Shown: in pieces, positions 52,321-64,000 of the stretch
Numbering within the stretch: position 1 is the stretch's first letter
How the letters are laid out: each line of letters begins with the position of its first letter
Source: Octopus sinensis
Lineage: Eukaryota
Direction of reading: 5' to 3'
NCBI RefSeq assembly: GCF_006345805.1
Contig: NC_043005.1
Location: 11,160,001 to 11,224,000 of the forward strand
DNA: 64,000 nt
Position numbers and translations under genes: made by a program
The notes under the pieces: generated by a model
The model's input: only the letters and a program-made list of their open reading frames with translations
What the model was told of the DNA's origin: nothing
Databases searched by the model: none

Positions 52321-52596
52321 CACCGGAATTCATTCAGTCAACCGAAGACTTTTCTCAACGAAGATTAGCTTTCTTCATCGATAGAAAAAATCGATATGCA
52401 CTTAGCACTAGAGTCAACTTTAAATCACCAGTTTTTATTAAAAGTAAATACGTGAATGTCAAACTATATCGTACTTGTCTTCTGCAAATTTGTGACCTTT
52501 TAACTAAGTAGGAACCAATATGTATAATTCTTTTTATACTAAATGCCATAACGTTGCCTCGAATCAAATTCTTCTCCGTTTCGACTCTCAGTAATT

Positions 52597-52992
52597 CTTT
52601 TCTACTCTAGGCACAAGGCCCAAAATTTTGAGGGTGGGTACCAGTCGATTAGATCGACCCCAGTACGCAACTGGTACTTAATTTATCGACCCCGAAAAGA
52701 TGAAAGGCAAAGTCGACCTCGGCAGAATTTGAACTCAGAACGTAACGACAGACGAAATACCTATTTCTTTATTACCCACAAGGGGCTAAACATAGAGGGG
52801 ACAAACATGGACAGACATAGGTATTAAGTCGATTATATCGACCCCAGTGCTTAACTGGTACTTAATTTATCGACCCCGAAAGGATGAAAGGCAAAGTCGA
52901 CCTCGGCGGAATTTGAACTCAGAACGTAACGGCAGCCGAAATACCGCTAAGCATTTCGCCCGACGTGCTAACGTTTCTGCCAGCTCGCCGCC
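52597..52992 (-). mobile_element. SINE family A dimer with two different tails
   Basis: Junction at 52761/52762; 18-bp TSD TTTCGACTCTCAGTAATT. Confidence 0.92.
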
Positions 52993-53213
52993 TTTCGACT
53001 CTCAGTAATTATCATTTCGTGTCAAGGGCGTTGGGTTTGCAAAATCCTCAGAAGAAATGCTTTGCAGAATTTGGTCAAATTCTTTACATTCTGGGATCAA
53101 ATCTTGCTGTGATCAAACTTCGCTTTTCATCTTTTGGGAGTCAATAAACTAAAGTATTTGATTAGTATTGGAGCTGGTGTTTTATAGTTCGTAGGAAAAA
53201 GGATTACACATTA

Positions 53214-53305
53214 CAGTAATCCCTCGACTATCGTGGGTGTTACGTTACAAAACCATGCACGATAGGTGAAAATCCGCGAAGTAGAAACAGTACTGCACTG
53301 TATAT

Positions 53306-53341
<36 letters not shown>

Positions 53342-54254
53342 CATATTATTTATTTATTATTATTATTATTATTATATTATTATTATTATTATATTATTAT
53401 TATTATTCAGTGAGAGAGCAGTGCATGCCATAAAAGTGACACCGGGGTAAAATATACGAAGCCCAGTATACCCATTATGACTACCCGTCTGATAAGGGTA
53501 CACCAGGCACATGCATCGCAACCATATGTGCGCGACATGGTGATCTCATATCAAGATAAACAGCACATGACCTTGCAGGTGGGGCCCAGTTAGAATTTTC
53601 TTCTGGTCGAGTAGCCCACCCCGCTAAAAAGGTCCCTGAACGAGGATTGTTTAAGGATTTTGAACAAGCTACCCATGTTTCCAGAGGTGAATTATCCAAA
53701 CCTCCAAGAATTCCTTTCAACACACGACTATGATGCTCCCCCACTACTTCTGGTCGTGATCAGAGATGCACATATCGTCAGCCACTAAGGGACATGCTCA
53801 ACTGGTTAAGGTCAAATAACTGACAAGCAAATCTGTGGTATGGAGCAGAATATTTGTTGTAGCCCATCTTTTATACCAAGACAAAACAATGTACATGATA
53901 ACACTTCCAATCAGTTTAGATCAGAAGCCACGAGAGCCACTGCCAGGTACTGCATCAAGGCATTTATTATTATTTATTTATTATTATTATTTTCTTTTAA
54001 TATATTTTAATTAATGTGTAATACAGTGCAGTACTGTACTCTGTTTTTGTTTATTAATTTATTAATTTTTAGGCGTGAAAATGCTTATTTTACCACAGAA
54101 ATAATTACAATCTAAAGTACATATACTTATCGGCCGCAGAAACCCGTGAAATACTGAGGAGTCCACGATATAGATATATATATATATTAACCAGAAGAAT
54201 CCGTGATGTACTGAGAGCGTGATAAGTGAACCGCGATATGGCGAGTGATTACTG
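53214..54254. mobile_element. pogo/Tigger-type MITE carrying a nested insertion
   Basis: TA|CAGTAATCCCTCG..ATCG ... CGATATGGCGAGTGATTACTG|TA; internal inverted CAGTACTGCACTGTA. Confidence 0.8.
53408..53963 (-). mobile_element. Unclassified retroposon-like insert with (AAT)n tail
   Basis: GC-richer block inside the AT-rich MITE interior; minus-strand 3' end runs into (AAT)n. Confidence 0.5.
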
Positions 54255-54681
54255 TATATCCCCTGTTGTATTCATAAACCTCTTTGACAAACCATGAATA
54301 ATACAACTAGACATTTTCCCAAGAAACATAAACCAGTTGCCGCTATAGGGAACCTCTGCGGAACCATGTAAATCCCACACAAAATGGTTATGTAATATTG
54401 TAAGGTATACTTAAGATTTATATGTCATTATGATATTCCGAAAAGTATTAGAGCTTGAAAAATCAGTAATTTTCTCTTTTCTATTTCGCTGTAAAATACT
54501 GCTGTTCCAGTATATTAAACGTGATTCACTAATACCCTGAAATCTGATAAAAATACGTATATAAACACACCCACACAAAAGCATGTACACGCATATACAT
54601 ATGCACATTTACACATCCATACGCCACACATTCAATCACACCGATACACTCATACACTCACACTTGTGCGTACCTTCAGAT

Positions 54682-54725
<44 letters not shown>

Positions 54726-54863
54726 CCCTGTTTGTGTTTTAGACACACCACACACTCATACATACGTTCATACATACACATAATATATATATATATATAT
54801 ATATAGATAGATAGATAGATAGATAGATATATAGATAAATGGATAGATATGTAGGTAGGTAGG

Positions 54864-54921
<58 letters not shown>

Positions 54922-56319
54922 TGCAATTTAATAAATATGCCGAGTTTCTATTTGTGGAATAATGCAGGACCCTGGTGGAATAAGACGAAATCGTACAAAA
55001 TGATATTAACTCAGATGTGAAATCATACAAAAATCATACGAAATTATTCGTTATCAATAATGACTTTCCGAATATGATATGAAATAATAACCATAGAGAT
55101 ATGTGACACTTCATCAATAAAAATGAGTTGCTGGCGAAGTATTGTAAACTAGTTGTATATCGTGTCGTTACATAGAAATTCATTAGAGAGACTTGTTTCA
55201 GCTCACCCTGATGAAAAGATGCTTAACATTTGGCCTTTCAATTCATCTAGTTGTTGAAGTGTAAAATGAAGCGACCACGAAGATTCACAAAGGTTGACAG
55301 ATCATTACGTGGATAACTTCATTGTATGAAATTTATGGTGTAGTTATCTACTACTAAATGCATACATTGCTGTGTACACACACTCGCAAACACACATACA
55401 TACATACAAACACATACACACACTCCCTATTTCTCTCTTTCTCTCACACACGCGTGTATGTATCTATGTATGTATGCATATGTGATGCATATGTATCTTT
55501 GTATGCTTATGTGATGGAGCGAACATGCTATTGTAAAGATAGCCTGTGGTAGATTATTATACATAACCACACACGTCTACATATTTTATGAGAGACACGG
55601 CTATGTTCGAGTTTAATCTTTTTAATAAATCTATTTGTCCGTCAACGCTTGAAGATCTTCTTGGTATCACCATTAGAATGAAAGTAATGGTAGCAATGTT
55701 CGCATAATTTGTAGTCCGACTCAAGGGATCATAATAGCGATTTGTTAGATTAAAATTGTTTTTACGACGGTTAATTCTGAGAAGAGATCGTTTTTTATTT
55801 TACGCGTGATGCATGTGCGGTTAACCTTTGATTTCTATTTTGTTTTCATTGAAGTGTCAGCAGTCATTCTTGCTATTTTCTGCGAATTCTACAGGGAATT
55901 ATAGTGCCTTTTTCTATCGAATTATATTTCATGTACTCCGTTATATGAAGTGCGATGAATTCTTGTTGCAAATGCATAGTCAACCGATGAGAAAGTGTCG
56001 TAATTATGTCCCTGTTGTAACAATTTGAGGTGTACTCACAGCTTTCATGCTCACATTGAAATTTATATATTAGTTTTGATGTCTGGATTACATTTTGTGT
56101 TTTGCTAGTTTGTTATTTCATGTTGATATTTTCCCTCCTGGCATCTTTTGTAATATAATCCTAATAATAAGTTTATGGTACAATATAATAAGTTGAAGTA
56201 TAAAACATGTTTCAACTTTGAGTAAGAGAGCACTTTGATCTATTATAGTATATAAGTGTTTTTGTGTTTAATGATTTTTTTTATCTGTTTATTACTTATT
56301 CTTCTAAAGTTTATCTTTC

Positions 56320-56715
56320 ACTTGTCTCAGTCACTACATTGCGGCCATGTTGGAGCACCTCCTCGAAGCACTTAATCGAACAAATCAATCCCAGTATTTA
56401 ATTTATGCCTGGCTCTTGTTATTTTTAACTGAATCGTTAACTTAAGAGGAACTAAACTAACCGGCACCGGTTGTCAAGCTGTGTGTGGAGAATAAGCAAA
56501 AACAAACAAACAGACAGACAGACACACTCACACACGCGCACGCTTATGTAATTATACGACGGGATTCTTTCAGTTTCCGTCCGCCAAATCCGCTCACAAG
56601 GCTTGTTCTGCCCGGGGCTATAGTAGTATACACTTGCCCAAGGTGTTACACAGTGGGACTGAGCCCAGAACCATATGGTTAGGAAGTAAACTTCTTACAA
56701 TACAGCTACTCCTAC
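56320..56715 (-). mobile_element. SINE family B, diverged
   Basis: Degenerate family motifs. Confidence 0.75.
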
Positions 56716-57384
56716 ATGTATATATTTATGTTTAAGAAATGGATGGGTTTATGATCTGAATATATACTAAACCTATTTTAGATTGTAAATGTGGGAATGT
56801 AGTAATTTTCAAGCTATTTTCTTCAACTATATCAACCTCCTCACCTATATTTCTTACAATAAATATGCCACAATGTCTGGTACATTTAGTTTGGTTAGGT
56901 TTGTGAAGGACTTTGGGAAGGACACTTTGTAGGATGCAACGAATTTGAGAACCTGAAACTACTCTATTCTTTGTATTTATAGGTCACCTTAAACACAGAA
57001 TTAGAACTCACTTGTGTAATCCAACATTTTCAGGGTGCTTTTTTGGTAGCATATGGTTCTATATTTTATTGGCTGTACACATTACCCAAGAATATATTTA
57101 TAGATTCCTTTAGGTGGGTGATAGTTAACAACTTTCGCCATCCGCAGTAGAAATGTTGACAATTTTATCAGTTTTCTGTAGAGTTTGTAGGAATTCATCA
57201 GATAATAGAATACTGTAACTTTCTGGTATTCCTTTACGATTTTATCTCGTTTTGCTGATTCTATAACGTAGGTGTATTGACTTAGGATAAGTATACATAT
57301 GAATTAACTTGATAAATAGGCGGTGAGCTAGTAGAACCGTTAGCTGGGCAAAATGCTTAGTGGCATGTCGTCCATGTTTTTCTT

Positions 57385-57679
57385 CATATATGATATGAAG
57401 CTATTGCAATGCAAGAGAGAGTAACATGAGAATATTTACAACAGTTTAAGAAGAATGCAACAGTCGGAGCTCTCCTCCCACAACGAGGCAATAATATTGC
57501 ACAATGCACTTGCAATACTAGTACTGATACTAGCATTTAATATATTTGATTGGTGTGTAGCGGAATCCCACTTCATAGATATCAAAATATGCAAGATCCT
57601 AGCATCATCTGAAAGTTTGCTCAGAAACAATAATATCGAGAGGCTCTAAGAAGAGATGGGGACAGAGGCTTGAAATAAG
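57385..57679. repeat. Local duplication, copy 1 (copy 2 at 59325-59621)
   Basis: Shared core such as GCAAGATCCTAGCATCATCTGAAAGTTTGCTCAGAAACAATAATATCGAGAGG. Confidence 0.85.
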
Positions 57680-58348
57680 TGTCGAAGTCGATTTTGCCTT
57701 TCATCCTTTCGGGGTCGAAAAATTAAGTGCCAATTGTGCACTGGGGTCATCAATGAAATCGACTTTAACCCCTTCCTCGAAGATACCCGCCTTGTGCTAA
57801 AATTTGAAATCAACAAAAACTCATGAGTGCCGAAGTCGATTTTGCCTTTCATCCTTTCTGGGTCGAAACATTAAGTGCCAATTGTGCACTGGGGTCATCA
57901 ATGAAATCGACTTTAACCCCTTCCTCGAAAATGCCCGCCTTGTGCTAAAATTTGAAATCAACAAAAACTCATGAGTGCCGAAGTCGATTTTGCCTTTCAT
58001 CCTTTCGGGGTCGAAACATTAAGTGCCAATTGTGCACTGGGGGTCAATGAAATCGACTTTAACCCCTTCCTCGAAAATGCCCGCCTTGTGCTAAAATTTG
58101 AAATCAACAAAAACTCATGAGTGCCGAAGTCGATTTTGCCTTTCATCCTTTCGGGGTCGAAACATTAAGTGCCAATTGTGCACTGGGGGTCAATGAAATC
58201 GACTTTAACCCCTTCCTCGAAAATGCCCGCCTTGTGCTAAAATTTGAAATCAACAAAAACGCATACATATTCCGTCCAAATCAACTTTACCTTTCATCCA
58301 TTCGGGTCGATAAAATTACTGGCCTTGTGCCTAAATTTGAAATCAACA
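57679..58348 (+). repeat. SINE A-derived minisatellite, 4 x 146-148 bp plus one degenerate unit
   Basis: Units start at 57679, 57827, 57975 and 58121; each contains GTCGATTTTGCCTTTCATCCTTTC. Confidence 0.92.
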
Positions 58349-58403
58349 CACACACACACACACGCACACACACATACACACACACACACACAGACACAGA
58401 CAC

Positions 58404-58437
<34 letters not shown>

Positions 58438-59324
58438 GCACACACGCGCGCACGCTCACATTACTATCTGAATTGAAAGTTTCTATATTTTACATTCGAG
58501 AAGAAAAAAATAAGCAATATTAAACAGATGGGCGGAGAAGAAGTGGAAAAGAAAAAAGGACCAGCAGAATAAGGGACAGACAATTGTTGAAGGCTTGTTG
58601 CAGAAATGTCTTTTATTTAACGAATCAAATGTAAATTGTCATGTCTGGTGAAATTCGTAGGTCCCCACATGGTGAGTTGATTTTTACAAAGTTCACTGTA
58701 GTTGGTCAGCCGTGGCAAACGATAATTTTGCAGAGAATTGGAATTTATCTTATATGGTTTTAAGCATACCTTTATTTGTCTCCGTTGCTTAGGTCCAAGC
58801 TACTGGTCACTCTGATCTATTTTTCTTGGCTCATTTTCATTATCTGTGTGTATGTGTGTGTGTGTGTGTGGTGTGTGTGTGTGTGTGTGTGTGTGTGTTG
58901 GGGGTGTGTGTGCACATGTGGGTATTGTATATACACACATGTATATGCAATATATATATTGTATATAAATATATTAAGAGCGGAACGATTGCCTCCGATC
59001 TTATGAATATTTCAAAGGAAATATTCCAATAAGATAAACTTTCTGTAATTCAGTTTATTTTGGTATTGAATCCGTTATACTTTCTGTTACAAAAATCCAT
59101 AATTTTTTTGTGGTTGACCTCAATATCTATGCTAAAAACGTTTGCAATGCCAGAAAAAACAGCTGGAGTTAACAATATTTCCAGCTGTAATAGGAATGGA
59201 ATTTGGCTAATAAAAGGATTGTTGAACATGGAAAATCAATTCCACATACACAGAGCCTTTGCACCAACCATCTATCTCTCCCGTTCTACAAATGGAATGC
59301 CAAAAATACCTAGGAATTGATGAA

Positions 59325-59621
59325 AATATATCATAGGAAACTACTGCGATGAAAGAGAGATTAACCTGTGAATATTTACAACAGTCTCAGAATAACGGGG
59401 CAGTTGGAGTTCTCCTCTCATAACGAGATAATAATATTGCACAAATGCATTTGCAGTACTAGTGCTGATACTAACATTTAATATATTTGATTGGTGTGTA
59501 GCGGAATCCCATTTCATAGATATTAAAATATGCAAGATCCTAGCATCATCTGAAAGTTTGCTCAGAAACAATAATATCGAGAGGTGTCTAAGAAGAGATG
59601 GAGACAGAGGCTTGAAATAAG
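59325..59621. repeat. Local duplication, copy 2
   Basis: See 57385-57679. Confidence 0.85.
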
Positions 59622-59825
59622 AGCAGACAGTTTTCGAATATCGTATGGTAACTCTAAGAAAGCATTTGCTAAACAACACCAGCAATATACTAGTAGTTTC
59701 CTGGTTTTAAGATAATTATCAAATTAGCAGATTTCTATAACAAGTCATGTATTTGTAAGCAATCTCTGAAACTCAGTTCATACATTTGATATAGGTATGT
59801 GGACTTCTCTTTCTTTTAAAATAAA

Positions 59826-59902
<77 letters not shown>

Positions 59903-60247
59903 GTGTGTGTGTGTGTGTGTGTATGTGTGTGAATGCGCAGCTTTAGTGATTAGGGTGTGGTACTCACGACTGCGAGGTCGTGGTTTCTATTCCCAGACCT
60001 TGCTTAGCGTTGTGTTTTTGAGTAAAACATCTAATTTCACGTTGCTCTGTAATAATTTCGTCATCTGACATGTGACACATGGTGCACTTGTACATGGTGC
60101 ACCTAAAATGTCGATTTGGTGGAGGGAGAGAGCTTATGTGCGACACAAACATTTGATCACTATAAAAATTATCTGTGTGGTTGTTCAGAAAGAAATTACA
60201 AGAAATCACAGAACCTCATACGTCGTCCAACGACGGGAGAATACATG

Positions 60248-60306
<59 letters not shown>

Positions 60307-60328
60307 ATATATATATATATATATAATG

Positions 60329-61173
60329 ATATCAAAGGGTAATCAGAAATATTAGAAATTCCCATTACCATTGGCCTTGCGTGTAAAAATTAAGTCAATA
60401 TACTATATATTATTCATATAAATATAGTGTACATTTAAACACATAAGAGGCATCCATCATAGGGCTCCTTGCACGCTAGAGAGGACAGTTCAATTCCAAA
60501 CCATTATTAGGGATAAATTTCGAAGGGAATGAAAAATAAAAATATTTACCATCTTGTTTTATTTTTTATTTTTCATTCCCTTCGAAATTTTATCCCTAAT
60601 AATGGTTTGGAATTTAACTATCCTCTCTAGCTACAAGGAGTCCCATGATGGATTCCTCTTATGTGTTTAAATGTACATCGTATTTGTATGAATAATATAT
60701 ATAATCTATTGACTAAATTTTTACACGCTAGGCCACTGGTAATGGAAATTTCTAATATTTCTGAAAACCCTTTGATATTATTAATTATCAATTATTGATA
60801 CTTTTTTTCTCTGGATAATTTTCGAATTGAAAAGCCGTCATATTTATTTACAGCCGACAAAGAGCTGCGCTTGCACGGTAGATTTGAAAAATTAGAATGT
60901 ATATGCACGAGGCATATGCTAGAGTGCCTCGTATATATATATGTTTAATCTAAGGTGTACCTGCTGAAGAAGACTTCGCCTAGCAAATTATTTTATTTGC
61001 TAAAAAAGTCTGAAACCATTGGCTCAGGAGTTAGATGGTAAATGTTTTTATTTTTCATTCCCTTTAAAATTTTATCCCTAATAGTGGTTTGGAATTTAAG
61101 TGTCCTCTCTAGCAGGCTAGGAGTCCTATGATGGATTCCTTTTATGTGTTTAAATGTACACGGTATTTATATG

Positions 61174-61178
<5 letters not shown>
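60329..61178 (+). mobile_element. Hammerhead-bearing element: inverted arm plus ~1.3 direct units of ~482 nt, embedded in (TA)n
   Basis: Arms 60329-60554 and 60555-60778; direct repeat resumes at about 61033; homologous to 39047-39658. Confidence 0.8.
60960..61028 (+). ncRNA. Type I hammerhead motif with extended stem II (U16.1 to C change, probably inactive copy)
   Basis: CCTG-CTGAAGA-AGACTT..TAGCAAAT/ATTTGCTA..AAGTCT-GAA-ACCATTGGC-T-CAGG. Confidence 0.7.
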
Positions 61179-61223
<45 letters not shown>

Positions 61224-61254
61224 ATATATATATATATATTACACACACACACGC

Positions 61255-61330
<76 letters not shown>

Positions 61331-61378
61331 TGTGTATATGCATGTATGTATGTATGTATGTATGTGTATACACACGCA

Positions 61379-61413
<35 letters not shown>

Positions 61414-61449
61414 TAATATATAATAATATATATATATATAAATATTTAA

Positions 61450-61852
61450 TTTTATTTACTCTTTACTTTTATCATTTCAGTCATTTGAATGCGGCCATGC
61501 TGGAGCACCGCCTTTAGTCGGGCAAATCGACCCCAGGACTTATTCTTTGGAAGCCTAGTCCTTATTCTATCGGTCTCTTTTGCCGAACCGCTAAGTTACG
61601 CGGACGTAAACACACCAGCATCAATTGTCGAGCGATGTTGGGGGGAACAAACACAGACACACAAACGCACTCACATATATATACATATATATGACAGGCT
61701 TCTTTCAGTTTCCGTCTACCAAATCCACTCACAAGGTTTTGGCCGGCCCGAGGATAGTAGAAGACACTTGCCCAAGGTGCCACGCAGTGGGACTGAACCC
61801 GGGACCATGTGGTTGGTAAGCAAGCTACTTACCACACAGCCACTCCTACGCC
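61450..61852 (-). mobile_element. SINE family B
   Basis: Family motifs. Confidence 0.9.
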
Positions 61853-61916
61853 TACATATTTGTTAGGGAATAAAAATTCCGGCATAACAGGGGTTCAAAT
61901 TATTCTCAATGAAGAA

Positions 61917-62160
61917 ATATATATTTTCATTTAGAGATAGTAGGCCCCTTCATCTCACCATATAAAAAGAATCTTTATTTTAAATACCTACTACTTTATA
62001 ACTTGGCTACACGTGTTTCTTGAGGTACATTTTTATTCCCATTAAATGTACCTCATGAAACACGTGTAGCCAAGTTATAAAGTAGTAGGTATTTACAATA
62101 AAAATACTTTTTTAAATGGTGAGATGAAGGGGCCTACTATCTCTAAATAAAAAATATATA
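61917..62160. mobile_element. Fold-back palindrome (~115-bp arms) containing the 3' half of a hammerhead
   Basis: Arms 61917-62032 and 62044-62160; GAA-ACACGTGT-A at 62057-62068. Confidence 0.7.
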
Positions 62161-62171
62161 TATATATATAT

Positions 62172-62209
<38 letters not shown>

Positions 62210-62216
62210 ATATATC

Positions 62217-62247
<31 letters not shown>

Positions 62248-62420
62248 ATATACAAATATACACTCACACACATTCATATCTAATATCGAACACTGACCAT
62301 GAGTGCTCATCACCTCATTGATAGAAAAGTAAATATACTTTATTTTTCGTATAAGGCAACCAAAATTTTGACATGAAACAATTGGTTGCCTTTTTAATCT
62401 CCGAATACATACATATATAT

Positions 62421-62481
<61 letters not shown>

Positions 62482-62536
62482 GATATATATATATATATAT
62501 ATATACATAGAGAGAGAGAGACAGAGTGAGAGAGAA

Positions 62537-62589
<53 letters not shown>

Positions 62590-63801
62590 AGAGAACAGCA
62601 TTCTTGGTTTCGATAGTGCGGCTCTTCAAGAAAATAGACTCTATTTGATGGCTTTCCATATAAATGCTAGCAACAGTCTTAAGATACCTAAAAGAAAACC
62701 TGTATGTAAAACACTTAATATGCAAAAAAAAAAAAAAAAAAATTAAAGATACGTTTTCTGAAAACTTATAATGATACTAATATCAACATGGCTTGCAACC
62801 TTTCTTGAACTCTGCGACTGTTAAATCATATCACACTTCGAATGGTATGCATTTGTAGTCTAGGATTAAGAGACCGCTACAAAATATTTAAACGTTTAAT
62901 AAATAAAAAAAGACAGCAAAACCCTCGGAGGCCCATGGTGCAACCAGAAATATTGATTATATCATATTTCTCTTGAAGACAACATATGTGTGCTCCCCAC
63001 CTTCCCTAAATGTCATCAACCTATTGACTTACAATGCGACCTGCTGTTGAATATACAATAGCACTCGAAAAAGTTTAAAAGACTGTCCTGGGATAAATCT
63101 AACCGATCCCCTTGTTATTGAATACACACACAAACTTCAATACAAGGAATATTGGTGCAATACTCCTATCAATATATCTATCAATATATCTATCAAGTGC
63201 AAATATAACAGGATAGAGATCGTTATTCGGAAATCAAGAAAAATTATGCCTCGACATAAATAACAACTGCTCTACTAATATGAATATCTCTTTGAAAATT
63301 GAAGAGAAAGTAGATAACTATGGACAACTGCTCCAAAATTTCTATGTTCAGATTATAAATTAACTTATATACAAAAAAAAAAGAAAAGAAAAAAGAAAAA
63401 TGGTACAGTTATGTTAATAAATGCTTAAGTGACAACGAGGAAAACGTAGGGTTTACTAGAAAAGAAATCAACAGCTAACACGCAGATTTCAAATACAATC
63501 TGTAAGCAGAACAAGAGAATATATGCAAACCTTTTCTTCAACTCAACAAATGAAATTGTTTTTTTTTATATATACATTTCAACGACGGAACTTTGTATGT
63601 TTGTTAGAAACCATCTCTTTCCTGACAGGAAGAGAAGCGAATATACATACATGAACACATACACATTCCATAAACAGCGTAAGTAGTTTTATGAATACGC
63701 ACAATAAGCAATAACAAATACTAATAATGCTACTTTTGCTGCTGCTGCTGCTGCTTGCTTTTAGTACTACTACTACTACTACTACCACCACCACCACCAC
63801 C

Positions 63802-63854
<53 letters not shown>

Positions 63855-64000
63855 AATTTAAACGTTTGCTGTTTGCTTCAACAACATAACGGCATATAGT
63901 GAATGTCGTATCACTATAATAGTGAAATAAGAATAGAAATAAGACCTGAATATACATAAGAAGACAGAGGCGATTGATGCAGTTTTGTTGAAGAGTGCAA

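Overview
AT-rich, repeat-saturated animal genomic DNA with one 100-N gap. The SINE families and microsatellite density suggest an octopus or other cephalopod, but that is inference. No host gene can be called with confidence, and most six-frame ORFs are microsatellite translations. The window holds four working families of tRNA-derived SINEs (labelled A-D here), CR1- and RTE-type LINE remnants, mariner and pogo-type DNA-transposon derivatives, a non-autonomous Helitron and a decayed Penelope-like GIY-YIG endonuclease. The main discovery is a set of non-coding elements with type I hammerhead ribozyme motifs, mostly with a 5' inverted (fold-back) copy of their own 3' end. One is a TSD-flanked, tRNA-headed element (1367-2693). 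Two are diverged relatives at 39047-39658 (ribozyme looks intact) and 60329-61178. There is also a minimal hammerhead at 26245-26291 and a half-ribozyme fold-back at 61917-62160. The second discovery is that SINE family A forms single-headed multimers with the same junction at three independent loci. Coordinates were counted by hand and may be off by a few nt.
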